DNA from: Octopus vulgaris
Lineage: Eukaryota
Direction of reading: 5' to 3'
Assembly: GCA_951406725.2 (NCBI GenBank)
Contig: OX597841.1
Span: forward strand, 20,894,001-20,958,000
DNA length: 64,000 bases
Shown piece after piece: positions 1-15,000 of this stretch (within the stretch, counting starts at the first letter, position 1; each line of letters starts with the position of its first letter). The position numbers and the translations under genes are program-made. Below the pieces are notes generated by a model. That model did not search any database and was not told where the DNA came from. It saw only the letters and a list, made by a program, of their open reading frames with translations.

Positions 1-3000
1 GGCTTGTTTCTATGGACGCATGATGTGTGATCGAGGCTTGATTGTATGGACGCATGATGTGTGAACGAGGCTTGTTTGTATGGATGGATGATGGGTTAAC
101 GAGGCTTGTTTGTATGGACGCATACTGTGTGAACGAGGCTTGTTTGTATGGATGCATGATGTGTGAACGAGGCTTGTTTGTATGGACGCATGATGTCTGA
201 ACGATGCTTGTGTGTATAGACGCATGATGTGTGATCGAGGCTTGTTTGTATAGACGCATGATGTGTGAACGAGGCTTGTTTGTATGGACGCATGATGTGT
301 GAACGAGGCATGTTTGTATGGACGCATGATGTGTGAACGAGGCTTGTTTGAATGGAAGCATGATTTGTGAACGAGGCTTCTTTGTATGGACGCATCATGG
401 GTTAACGAGGCTTGTTTGTATGGACGCATGATGTGTGAACGAGGCTTGTTTGTATGGACGCATGATGTGTGATCGAGTCTTGTTTGTATGGACGCATGAT
501 GTGTGATCGAGGCTTGTTTGTATGGACGCATGATGTGTGAACGATACTTGTTTGTATAGACGCATGATGTGTGAACGAGGCATGTTTGTATGGACGCATG
601 ATGTGTGAACGAGGCTTGTTTGCATGGAGCCATGATTTGTGAACGAGGCTTCTTTGTATGGACACATGATGTGTGAACGAGGCTTGTTTGTATGGACGCA
701 TGATGTGTGAACGAGGCTTGTTTGTATGGACGCATAATTTGTGAACGAGGCTTGTTTCTATGGACCCATGATGTGTGAACGAGGCTTGTTTGTATGGACG
801 CATGATGTGTTATCGAGGCTTCTTTCTATGGACGCATGATGTGTTAACGAGGCATGTTTGTATGGACGCATGATGTGTGAACGAGGCTTGTTTGTATGGA
901 TGCATGATTTGTGAACGAGGCTTGTTTGTATGGACGCATGATGTGTGAAAGGGGCTTGTTTGTATGGACGCATGATGTGTGAACGAGGTTTGTTTGTATG
1001 GCGCATGATGTGTGAACGAGGCTTTTTTCTATGGACCCATGATGTGTAAACGAGGCTTGTTTCTATGGACGCATGATATGTGAACGAGGCTTCTTTCTAT
1101 GGACGCATGATGTGTGAACGAGGCATGTTTGTATGGACGCATGATGTGTGAACGAGGCTTGTTTGTATGGACGCATTATTTGTGAACGAGGCTTTTTTGT
1201 ATGGACGCATGATGTGTGAAAGGGGCTTGTTTGTATGGACGCATGATGTGTGAACGAAGCTTGTTTGTATGGCGCATGATGTGTGAACGAGGCTTGTTTG
1301 TATGGACCCATGATGTGTGAACGAGGCTTGTTTGTATGGACGCATGATGTGTGAAAGAGGCTTGTTTGTATGGACGCATGATGTGTGATCGAGGCTTGTT
1401 TGAATGGACGCATGATTTGTGAACGAAGCTTGTTTGTATGGACGCATGATTTGTGAAAGAAGCTTCTTTTTATGAACGCATGATGTGTGAACGAGGCATG
1501 TTTGTATGGACGCATTATGTGTGAACGAGGCTTGTTTGCAAGGAAGCATGATGTGTGATCGTGGCGTGTTTGTATGGACGCATGATGTTTGAACGAGGCT
1601 TGTTTCTCTGGACGCATGATGTGTGAACGAGGCTTGTTGCTATGGACGCATGATGTGTGAACGAGGCTTGTTTGTATGGACGCATGATGTGTGATCCAGG
1701 CTTGTTTGTATGGACGCATGATGTGTGAACGAGGCTTGTTTCTATGGACGCATGATGTGTGAACGAGGCTTGTTTCTATGGACGCATGAAGTGTGAACGA
1801 GGCATGTTTGCCTGGACGCATTATGGGTTAACGAGGCTTGTTTGTATGGACGCATGATTTGTTAAAGAAGTTTCTTTTTATGAACGCATGATGTGTGAAC
1901 GAGGCTTGTTTGTAAGGACGCATGATGTGTGAACGAGGCTTGTTTATATGGACGCATGATTTGTGAACGAGGCTTGTTTGTATGGACGCATGATGTGTGA
2001 ACGAGGCTTATTTGTTTGGACGCCTATGTGCTAACGAGGCTTGTTTGTGTGGACGCATGATGTGTGAACGAGGCTTGTTTGTATGGACGCATGATTTGTG
2101 AACGAGGCTTGTTTGTATGGACGCATGATGTGTGAACGAGGCTTTTTTCTATGGACCCATAATGTGTGAACGAGGCTTGTTTGTATGGACGCATGATTTG
2201 TGAATGAGGCTTGTTTCTATTTACGCATGATGTGTGAACGAGGCTTGATTCTATGGACGCATGATGTGTGAACGAGGCTTGTTTGTATGGACGCATGATT
2301 TGTGAACGAGGCTTGTTTGTATGGACGCATGATGTGTGAAAGAGGCTTGTTTGAATGGACGCATGATGTGTGAACGAGGCTTGTTTGTATGGACGCATGA
2401 TGTGTGAACGAGGCTTCTTTGTATAGACGCATGATGTGTGAACGAGGCTTGTTCGTATGGACGCATGATGTGTGAACGAGGCTTGTTTGTATGGACGCAT
2501 GATGTGTGATCGTGGCGTGTTTGTATGGACGCATGATGTTTGAACGAGGCTTGTTTCTATGGACGCATGATGTGTGAACGAGGCTTGTTGCTATGGACGC
2601 ATGATGTGTGAACGAGGCTGGTTTTTATGGACGCATGATGTGTGATCCAGGCTTGTTTGTATGGACGCATGATGTGTGAACGAGGCTTGTTTCTATGGAC
2701 GCATGATGTGTGAACGAGGCTTGTCCGTATGGACGCATGATGTTTGCTCGAGGCTTCTTTGTATGGACGCATGATGTGTGAACGAGGCTTGTTTGTATGG
2801 ACGCATGATGTGTGAACGAGGCTTGTTTGTATGGACGCATGATGTGTGACAAGGCTTGTTTGTAAGGACGCATGATGTTTGAACGAGGCTTGTTTGTATG
2901 GACGCATGATGTGTGAACGAGGCTTGTTTGTATGGACGCATGATGTGAGAACGAGGCATGTTTGTATGGACGCATGATTTGTGAAAGAAGCTTCTTTGTA

Positions 3001-6000
3001 TGAACGCATGATAAATGAACGAGGCTTCTTTGTATGGACGCATGATGTGTGAACGAGGCTTGTACGTATGGACGCATGATGTGTGAACGAGGCTTGTTTG
3101 TATGGACGCATGATGTGTGAACGAGGCTTGTTTGTATGGACGCATGATTTGTGAACGAGGCTTCTTTGTATGGACGCATGATGTGTGAACGAGGCTTGTT
3201 TGTATGGACGCATGATGGGTGAACGAGGCTTGTTTGTATGGATGCATGATGTGTTAACGAGGCTTGTTTGTATAGACGCATGATGGGTTAACCAGGCTTC
3301 TTTGTATGGACTCATGATGTGTGAACGAGGCTTGTTTGTATGGACACATGATGTGTGAACGAGGCATTTTTGTATGGACGCATGATGTGTGAACGAGGCT
3401 TGTTTGTATGGACGCATGATTTGTGATCGAGGCTTGTTTCAATGGACGCATGATGTGTGAACGAGGCTTCTTTGTCGACGCATGATGAGTAACGAGGCTT
3501 ATTTGTAATGATGTCTGAACGAGGCTTGCTTGTATGGACGCATGATTTGTGAATGAAGCCTGTTTGAATGGACGCATGATGTGTGAACGAGGCTTGTTTC
3601 TATGGAAGCATGATGTGTGAAAGAAGCTTCTTTGTATGGTCGCATGATGTCTGAACGAGGCTTGCTTGTATGGACGCATGATGTGTGAACGCGGCATGTT
3701 TCTATGGACGCATGATGTGTGAACGAGGCTTGTTTCTATGGACGCATGATGTGTGAACGAGGCATGTTTGTATGGACGCATGATGTGTGAACGAGGCTCC
3801 TTTGTATGGACCCATGATGGGTTAACGAGGCTTGTTTGTATGGACGCATGATGTGTGATCGAGGCTTGTTTGTATGGACGCATGATGTGTGAACGAGGCT
3901 TGTTTCTATGAACGCATGATTTGTGAACGAGGCTTGTTTGTATGGACGCATGATGTGTGAACAAGGCTTGTTTGTAGGGACGCATGATGTGTCAACAAGG
4001 CTTGTTTGTATGGACGCATGATGTGTCAACGAGGCTTGTTTGTATGGACGCATGAAGTGTGTATGAGGCTTGTTTGTATGGACGCATGATGTGTGAACGG
4101 GGCATATTTCTATGGACGCATGATGTGTGAACGAGGCTTGTTTGTATGGACGCATGATGTGTGAACGAGGCTTGTTTGTATGGACGCATGATGTGTGAAC
4201 GACGCTTGTTTGTTTGGACGCATGATGTGTGAACGGGGCATGTTTGTATGGACGCATGATGTGTGAACGATGCTTGTTTCTATGGACGCATGATGTGTGA
4301 ACGATGCTTGTTTGTATGGACGCTTGATGTGTGAACGAGGCTAGTTTGTATGGACTCATGATGTTTGAACGAGGCTTGTTTGTATGGACGCATGATGTGT
4401 GAACGAGGCATGTTTGTATGGACGCATGATGGGTTAACGAGGCCTATTTGTATGAACGAATGATGTGTGAACGAAGCCTGTTTGTGTGGACGCATGATGT
4501 GAGAACGAGGCATGTTTGTATGGACGCATGATTTGTGAAAGAAGCTTCTGTGTATGAACGCATGATATGTGAAAGAGGCTTCTTTGTATGGACGCATGAT
4601 GTGTGAACGAGGCTTGTTTGTATGGGCGCATGATGTGTGAACGAGGCTTGTTTGTATGGACGCATGATGTGTGAACTAGCCTTGTCTGTATGGACGCATG
4701 ATGGGTTAACCAGGCTTGTTTGTATGGACGCATGATGTGTGAACGAGGCTTGTGTGTATGGACGCATGATGGGTTAACGGGGCTTGTTTGTATGCATGCA
4801 TGATGGGTCAACGAGGCTTGTTTGTATGGACGCATGATGTGTGAACGAGGGTTGTTTGTATGGACGTATGATGTGTGATCGGGGCTTGTTTGTATTGACG
4901 CATGATGTGTGAACGGGGCTTGTTTGTATGGACGCATGATGTGTGAACGAGGCTTCTTTGTATGGACGCATGATGTGTGAAAGAAGCTTCTTTGTATGAA
5001 CGCATGATGTGTGAACGATGCTTGCTTGTATGGACGCATGATGTGTGAAAGAAGCTTCTTTGTATGGACGCATGATGTGTGAACGAGGCTTGTTTGTATG
5101 GATGCATGATGTGTGACAGAAGCTTCTTTGTATGGACGCATGATGTGTGAACGAGGCTTGTTTGTATGGATGCATGATGTGTGAACGAGGCATGTTTGTA
5201 TGGACGCATGATGTGTTAACGGGGATTGTTTCTATGGACGCATGATGTGTGAACGAGGCTTGTATGTATGGACGCATGATGTGTGAACGAGGCTTGTTTG
5301 TATGGACGCATTATGTCCGAACGAGGCTTGCTTGTATGGACGCAAGATGTGTGAACGAGGCTTGTTTGTATGGACGCATGATGTGTGATCGAGGCTTGTT
5401 TCTATGGACGCATGATGTGTGAACGAGGCTTTTTTGTATGGACGCATGATGTGTGAAAGAAGCTTCTTTGTATGGACGCATGATGTGTGAACGAGGCTTG
5501 TTTGTATGGACGCATGATGTGTGAACGAGGCTTGTTTGTATGGACGCATGATGTGTGAACGAGGCTTGTTTGTATGGACGCATGACGTGTGAACGAGGCA
5601 TGTTTGTATGGACGCATGATGTGTGAACGGGGATTGTTTCTATGGACCCATGATGTGTGAACGAGGCATGTTTCTATGGACGCATGATGTGTGAACGACG
5701 ATTGTTTCTTTGGACGCATGATGTGTGAACGATGCTTGCTTGTATGGACGCATGATGTGTGAACGGGGATTGTTTCTATGGGCGCATGATGTGTGAACGA
5801 GGCTTGTATGTATGGATGCATGATGTGTGAAAGAAGCTTCTTTGTATGGACGCATGATGTGTGAACGAGGCTTCTTTGTATGGACGCATGATGTGTGAAC
5901 GAGGCATGTTTGTATGGACGCATGATGTGTGAACGGGGATTGTTTCTATGGACGCATGATGTGTGAACGAGGCTTGTATGTATGGACGCATGATGTGTGA

Positions 6001-9000
6001 ACGAGGCTTGTTTGTATGGACGCATAATGTGTGAACGAGGCTTGTTTGTATGGACGCATGATGTGTGAACGAGGCATGTTTCTATGGACGCATGATGTGT
6101 GAACGAGGCTTGTTTCTTTTGACGCATGATGTGTGAACGAGGCTTGTTTCTATGGACGCATGATGTGTGAACGAGGCTTGTTTCTATGGACGCATGATGT
6201 GTGAACGATGCTTGTTTCTATGGACGCAGCATGTGTGAACGAGGCTTGTTTGTATGGACGCATGATGTGTGAAAGAAGCTTCTTTGTATGGACGCATGAT
6301 GTGTGAACGAGGCTTCTTTGTATGGACGCATGATGTGTGAACGAGGCATGTTTGTATGGACGCATGATGTGTGTACGGGGATTGTTTCTATGGACGCATG
6401 ATGTGTGAACGAGGCTTGTATGTATGGACGCATGATGTGTGAACGAGGCTTGTTTGTATGGACGCATAATGTGTGAACGAGGCTTGTTTGTATGGACGCA
6501 TGATGTGTGAACGAGGCAATGTTTCTATAGACGCATGATGTGTGAACGAGGCTTGTTTCTATGGACGCATGATGTGTGAACGAGGCTTGTTTCTATGGAC
6601 GCATGATGTGTGAACGATGCTTGTTTTTATGGACGCAGCATGTGTGAACGACGCTTGTTTGTATGGACGCATGATGTATGAACGAGGCTTGTTTCTATTG
6701 ACGCATGATGTGTGAACGAGGCTTGTTTGTATGTACGCATGATGTGTGAACGAGGCTTGTTTCTATGGACGCATGATGTGTGAACGGGCTTGTTTCTATG
6801 AACGCATGATTTGTGAAAGAGGCTTGTTTGTATGGACGCATGATGTGTGAACAAGGCTTGTTTGTAGGGACGCATGATGTGTCAACGAGGCTTGTTTGTA
6901 TGGACACATGATGTGTGAACGAGGCTTGTTTGTATGGACGCATGAAGTGTGAATGAGGCTTGTTTGTATGACGCATGATGTGTGAACGAGGCTTGTTTGT
7001 ATGGACGCATGATGTGTGAACGGGGCATGTTTCTATGGACGCATGATGTGTTAACGAGGCTTGTTTGTATGGACGCATGATGTGTGAACGAGGCTTGTTT
7101 GTATTGACGCATGATGTGTGAACGAGGCTTGTTTGTATGGACGCATGATGTGTGAACGAGGCATTTTTCTATGGACGCATGATGTGTGAACGATGCTTGT
7201 TTCTATGGACGCATGATGTGTGAAAGATGCTTGTTTGTATGGACGCTTGATGTGTGAACGAGGCTAGTTTGTATGGACTCATGATGTTTGAACGAGGCTT
7301 GTTTGTATGGACGCATGATGTGTGAACGAGGCATGTTTGTATGGACGCATGATGGGTTAACGAGGCCTATTTGTATGAACGAATGATGTGTGAACGAGGC
7401 ATGTTTGTATGGACGCATGATTTGTGAAAGAAGCTTCTGTGTATGAACGCATGATATGTGAAAGAGGCTTCTTTGTATGGACGCATGATGTGTGAACGAG
7501 GCTTGTTTGTATGGGCGCATGATGTGTGAACGAGGCTTGTTTGTATGGACGCATGATGTGTGAACGAGCCTTGTTTGTATGGACGCATGATGGGTTAACC
7601 AGGCTTGTTTGTATGGACGCATGATGTGTGAACGAGGCTTGTGTGTATGGACGCATGATGGGTTAACGGGGCTTGTTTGTATGCATGCATGATGGGTCAA
7701 CGAGGCTTGTTTGTATGGACGCATGATGTGTGAACGAGGCTTGTTTGTATGGACGCATGATGTGTGATCGGGGCTTGTTTGTATTGACACATGATGTGTG
7801 AGCGGGGCTTGTTTGTATGGACGCATGATGCGTGAACGAGGCTTGTTTGTATGGACGCATGATGTGTGAAAGAAGCTTCTTTGTATGAACGCATGATGTG
7901 TGAACAATGCTTGCTTGTATGGACGCATGATGTGTGAAAGAAGCTTCTTTGTATCGACGCATGATGTGTGAACGAGGCTTGTTTGTATGGACGCATGGTG
8001 TGTGAAAGAAGCTTATTTGTATGGACGCATGGTGTGTGAACGAGGCTTGTTTATATGGATGCATGATGTGTGAACGAGGCATGTTTGTATGGACGCATGA
8101 TGTGTGAACGGGGATTGTTTCTAGGGACGCATGATGTCTGAACGAGGCTTGTATGTATGGACGCATTATGTCCGAACGAGGCTTGCTTGTATGGACGCAT
8201 GATGTTTGAACGAGGCTTGTTTGTATGGACGCATGATGTGTGAACGAGGCTTGTTTCTATGGACGCATGATGTGTGAACGAGGCTTGTTTGTATGGACGC
8301 ATGATGTGTGAAAGAAGCTTCTTTGTATGGACGCATGATGTGTGAACGAGGCTTGTTTGTATGGACGCATGATGTGTGAAAGAAGCTTCTTTGTATGGAC
8401 GCATGATGTGTGAACGAGGCTTGTTTGTATGGACGCATGACGTGTGAACGAGGCTTCTTTGTATGGACGCATGATGTGTGAACGGGGAGTGTTTCTATGG
8501 ACGCATGATGTGTGAACGATGCTTGCTTGTATGGACGCATGATGTGTGAACGGGGATTGTTTCTATGGACGCATGATGTGTGAACGAGGCTTGTATGTAT
8601 GGACGCATGATGTGTGAAAGAAGCTTCTTTGTATGGACGCATGATGTGTGAACGAGGCTTGTTTGTATGGATGCATGATGTGTGAACGAGGCATGTTTGT
8701 ATGGACGCATGATGTGTGAACGGGGATTGTTTCTATGGACGCATGATGTGTGAACGAGGCTTGTTTGTATGGACGCATAATGTGTGAACGAGGCTTGTTT
8801 GTATGGACGCATGATGTGTGAACGAGGCATGTTTCTATGGACGCATGATGTGTGAACGAGGCTTGTTTCTATGGACGCATGATGTGTGAACGAGGCTTGT
8901 TTCTATGGACGCATGATGTGTGAACGAGGCTTGTTTGTATGGACGCATGATGTGTGAACGATGCTTGTTTCTATGGACGCAGCATGTGTGAACGAGGCTT

Positions 9001-12000
9001 GTTTGTATGGACGCATGATGTGTGAACGAGGCTTGTTTCTATTGACGCATGATGTGTGAACGAGGCTTGTTTGTATGGACGCATGATGTGTGAAAGAAGC
9101 TACTTTGTATGAACGCATGATGTGTGAACGACGCTTGCTTGTTTGGACGCATGATGTGTGAAAGAAGCTTCTTTGTATGGACGCATGATGTGTGAACGAG
9201 GCTTGTTTGTATGGACGCATGATGTGTGAAAGAAGCTTCTTTCTATGGACGCATGATGTGTGAACGAGGCTTGTTTGTATGGACGCATGATGTGTGAAAG
9301 AGGCTTGTTTGTATGGACGCATGATGTGTGAACGGGGATTGTTTCTATGGACGCATGATGTGTGAACGAGGCTTGTATGTATGGACGCATGATGTGTGAA
9401 CGAGGCTTGTTTGGAGGCTTGTTTGTATGGACGCATGATGTGTGAACGAGGCATGTTTCTATGGACGCATGATGTGTGAACGAGGCTTGTTTCTATGGAC
9501 GCATGATGTGTGAACGAGGCTTGTTTCTATGGACGCATGATGTGTGAACGAGGCTTGTTTCTATGGACGCAGCATGTGTGAACGAGGCTTCTTTGTATGG
9601 ATGCATGATGTTTGAACGAGACTTGTTTGTATGGACGCATGATGTGTAAAGATCTTTGTGTCTATGGACGCATGATGTGTGAACGAGGCTTTTTACTATA
9701 GACCCATGATGTGTGAACGAGCCTTTTTTCTATGGACGCATGATGTGTGGACGAGGCTTGTTTGTATGGACGCATGATGTGTAAATGATGCTTGTTTCTT
9801 TGGACGCATGATGTGTGACCGAGGCTTCTTTGTATGGACGCATGATGTGTGAACGAGGCTTGTTTCTATGGACGCATGTTATATGAACGAGACATGTTTG
9901 TATGGACGCATAATGTATGAACGATGCTTGTTTGTATGGCGCATGATGTGTGAACGAGGCTTTTTTCTATGGACCCATGATGTGTAAACGAGGCTTGTTT
10001 CTATGGACGCATGATATGTGAACGAGTCTTCTTTCTATGGACGCATGATGTGTTAACGCGGCATGTTTGTATGGACGCATGATGTGTGAACGAGGCTTGT
10101 TTGTATGGACGCATGATTTGTGAACGAGGCTTGTTTGTATGGACGCATGATGTGTGAAAGAGGCTTGTTTGTATGGACGCATGATGTGTGAACGAGGCTT
10201 GTTTGCAAGGACGCATGATGTGTGATCGTGGCGTGTTTGTATGGACGCATGATGTTTCTACGAGGCTTGTTTCTCTGGACGCATCATGTGTGAACGAGGC
10301 TTGTTGCTATGGACGCATGATGTGTAATCCAGGCTTGTTTGTATGGACGCATGATGTGTGAACGAGGCTTGTTTGTATGGACGCATGATGTGTGAACGAA
10401 GCTTGTTTCTATGGACGCATGATGTGTGAACGAGGCTTGTTTGTAAGGACGCATGATGTGTGAACGAGGCTTGTTTCTATGGACTTATGATTTGTGAACG
10501 AGGCTTGTTTGTATGGATGCATGATGTGTGAACGAGGCTTATTTGTTTGGACGCATGATGTGCTAACGAGGCTTGTTTGTGTGGACGCATGATGTGTGAA
10601 CGAGGCTTGTATGTATGGACGCATGATTTTTGAACAAGGCTTGTTTCTATGGACGCATGATGTGTGAACGAGGCTTTTTTTTGGACCCATAATGTGTGAA
10701 TGAGGCTTGTTTGTATGGACACATGATGTGTGAACGAGGCTTGTTTCTATGGACGCATGATGTGTGAACGAGGCTTGATTCTATGGACGCATGATGTGTG
10801 AACGAGGCTTGTTTGTATGGACTCATGATTTGTGAACGAGGCTTGTTTGTATGGACTCAGGATGTGTGAAAGAGGTTTGTTTGAATGGACGCATGTTATT
10901 TGAACGAGACATGTTTGTATGGACGCATAATGTATGAACGATGCTTGTTTGTATGGACGCATGATGTGTGAACGAGGCTTGTTTGTATGGACGCATGATG
11001 TGTGAACGATGCTTGTTTCTATGGACGCAGCATGTGTGAACGAGGCTTCTTTGTATGGATGCATGATGTTTGAACGAGGCTTGTTTGTATGGACGCATGA
11101 TGTGTAAAGATCTTTGTTTCTATGGACGCATGATGTGTAAAGATCTTTTTTTCTATGGACGCATGATGTGTGAACGAGGCTTGTTTCTATGGACGCATGA
11201 TGTGTGAACGAGCCTTTTTTCTATGGATGCATGATGTGTGAACGAGGCTTGTTTGTATGGACGCATGATGTGTGAACGATGCTTGTTTCTATGGACGCAT
11301 GATGTGTGACCGAGGCTTCTTTGTATGGACGCATGATGTGTGAACGAGGCTTGTTTCTATGGACGCATGTTATATGAACGAGACATGTTTGTATGGACGC
11401 ATAATGTATGAACGATGCTTGTTTGTATGGACGCATGATGTGTGAACGAGGCTTGTTTGTATGGACGCATGATGTGTGATCGAGGCTTGTTCGTATGGAC
11501 GCATGATGTTTGATCCAGGCTTGTTTGCACGGACGCATGATGTGTAAACGAGGCTTGTTTGTATGGACGCTTGATGGGTTAACGAAGCTTGCTTATATGG
11601 ACACATGATGTGTGAACGAGGCTTGTTTGTATGGACGCATGATGTGTGATCGAGGCTTGTTTGTATGGACGCATGATGTGTGAACGAGGCTTGTTTGCAT
11701 GGAGCCATGATTTGTGAACGAGGCTTCTTTGTATGGACACATGATGTGTGAACGAGGCTTGTTTGTATGGACGCATGATGTGTGTACGAGGCTTGTTGGT
11801 ATGGACGCATAATTTGTGAACGAGGCTTGTTTCTATGGACGCATGATGTGTAAACGAGGCTTTTTTCTATGGACCCATGATGTGTGAACGAGGCTTGTTT
11901 GTATGGACGCATGATGTGTTATCGAGGCTTCTTTCTATGGACGCATGATGTATTCACGAGGCATGTTTGTATGGACGCATGATGTGTGAACGAGGCTTGT

Positions 12001-15000
12001 TTGTATGGACGCATGATTTGTGAACGTGGCTTGTTTGAATGGACGTATGATGTGTGAACGAGGCTTGTTTGTATGGCGCATGATGTGTGAACGAGGCTTT
12101 TTTCTATGGACCCATGATGTGTAAACGAGGCTTCTATCTATGGACGCATGATATGTGAACGAGGCTTCTTTCTATGGACGCATGATGTGTTAACGCGGCA
12201 TGTTTGTATGGACGCATGATGTGTGAACGAGGCTTGTTTGTATGGACGCATGATTTGTGAACGAGGCTTGTTTGTATGGACGCATGATGTGTGAAAGAGG
12301 CTTGTTTGTATGGACGCATGATGTGTGAACGAGGCTTGTTTGTATGGACGCATTATGTGTGAACGAGGCTTGTTTGCAAGGACGCATGATGTGTGATCGT
12401 GGCGTGTTTGTATGGACGCATGATGTTTGTACGAGGCTTGTTTCTCTGGACGCATGATGTGTGAACGAGGCTTGTTGCTATGGACGCATGATGTGTTAAC
12501 GAGGCTTGTTTGTATGGACGCATGATGTGTGATCGAGGCTTGTTTGTATGGACGCATGATGTGTGAACGAGGCTTGTTTCTATGGACGCATGATGTGTGA
12601 ACGAGGCTTGTTTCTATGGACGCATGAAGTGTGAACGAGGCATGTTTGCCTGGACGCATCATGGGTTAACGAGGCTTGTTTGTATAGACGCATGATTTGT
12701 TAAAGGAGTTCCTTTTTATGAACGCATGATGTGTGAACGAGGCTTGTTTGTAAGGACGCATGATGTGTGAACGAGGCTTGTATGTATGGACGCATGATTT
12801 TTGAACAAGGCTTGTTTCTATGGACGCATGATGTGTGAACGAGGCTTTTTTTTTGGACCCATAATGTGTGAACGAGGCTTGTTTGTATGGACGCATGATG
12901 TGTGAACGAGGCTTGATTCTATGGACGCATGATGTGTGAACGAGGCATGTTTGTATGGACGCATGATGTGTGAACGAGGCTTGTTTGTATGGACGCATGA
13001 TTTGTGAACGAGGCTTGTTTATATGGACTCATGATGTGTGAAAGAGGTTTGTTTGAATGGACGCATGTTATATGAACGAGACATGTTTGTATGGACGCAT
13101 AATGTATGAACGATGCTTGTTTGTATGGACGCATGATGTGTGAACGAGGCTTGTTTGTATGGACGCATGATGTGTGAACGAGGCTTGTTTCTATGGACGC
13201 AGCATGTGTGAACGAGGCTTCTTTGTATGGATGCATGATGTTTGAACGAGGCTTGTTTGTATGGACGCATGATGTGTAAAGATCTTTGTTTCTATGGACG
13301 CATGATGTGTAAAGATCTTTGTTTCTATGGACGCATGATGTGTGAACGAGGCTTGTTTCTATGGACGCATGATGTGTGAACGAGCCTTTTTTCTATGGAC
13401 GCATGATGTGTGAACGAGGCTTGTTTGTATGGACGCATGATGTGTGAACGAGGCTTGTTTCTATGGACGCATGATGTGTGACCGAGGCTTCTTTGTATGG
13501 ACGCATGATGTGTGAACGAGGCTTGTTTCTATGGACGCATGTTATATGAACGAGACATGTTTGTATGGACTCATAATGTATGAACGATGCTTGTTTGTAT
13601 GGACGCATGATGTGTGAACGAGGCTTGTTTGTATGGACGCATGATGTGTGATCGAGGCTTGTTCGTATGGACAGATGATGTTTGATCGAGGCGTGTTTGC
13701 ACGGACGCATGATGTGTGATCGAGGCTTGTTCGTATGGACAGATGATGTTTGATCGAGGCTTGTTTGCACGGACGCATGATGTGTGAACGAGGCTTGTTT
13801 GTATGGACGCTTGATGGGTTAACGAGGCTTGCTTATATGGACACATGATGTGTGAACGAGGCTTGTTGGTATGGACGCATAATTTGTGAACGAGGCTTGT
13901 TTCTATGGACGCATGATGTGTGAACGAGGCTTTTTTCTATGGACCCATGATGTGTGAACGAGGCTTGTTTGTATGGACGCATGATGTGTTATCGAGGCTT
14001 CTTTCTATGGACGCATGATGTGTTCACGAGGCATGTTTGTATGGACGCATGATGTGTGAACGAGGCTTGTTTGTATGGACGCATGATTTGTGAACGTGGC
14101 TTGGTTGTATGGACGTATGATGTGTGAAAGAGGCTTGTTTGTATGGACGCATGATGTGTGAACGAGGCTTGTTTGTATGGCGCATGATGTGTGAACGAGG
14201 CTTTTTTCTATGGACCCATGATGTGTAAACGAGGCTTCTTTCTATGGACGCATGATATGTGAACGAGGCTTCTTTCTCTGGACGCATGATGTGTTAACGC
14301 GGCATGTTTGTATGGACGCATGATATGTGAACGAGGCTTGTTTGTATGGACGCATGATTTGTGAACGAAGCTTGTTTGTATGGACGCATGATGTGTGAAA
14401 GAGGCTTGTTTGTATGGACGCATGATGTGTGAACGAGGCTTGTTTGTATGGACGCATTATGTGTGAACGAGGCTTGTTTGCAAGGACGCATGATGTGTGA
14501 TCGTGGCGTGTTTGTATGGACGCATGATGTTTGTACGAGGCTTGTGTCTCTGGACGCATCATGTGTGAACGAGGCTTGTTGCTATGGACGCATGATGTGT
14601 TAACGAGGCTTGTTTGTATGGACGCATGATGTGTGATCCAGGCTTGTTTGTATGGACGCATGATGTGTGATCCAGGCTTGTTTCTATGGACGCATGATGT
14701 GTGAACGAGGCTTGTTTCTATGGACGCATGAAGTGTGAACGAGGCTTGTTTGTATGGATGCATGATGTGTGAACGTGGCTTGTATGCATGGATGCATTAT
14801 TTTTGAACAAGGTTTGTTTCTATGGACGCATGATGTGTGAACGAGGCTTGATTCTATGGACGCATGATGTGTGAACGAGGCATGTTTGTATGGACGCATG
14901 ATGTGTGAACGAGGCTTGTTTGTATGGACGCATGATTTTTGAACGAGGCTTGTTTGTATGGACTCATGAGGTGTGAAAGAGGTTAGTTTGAATGGACGCA

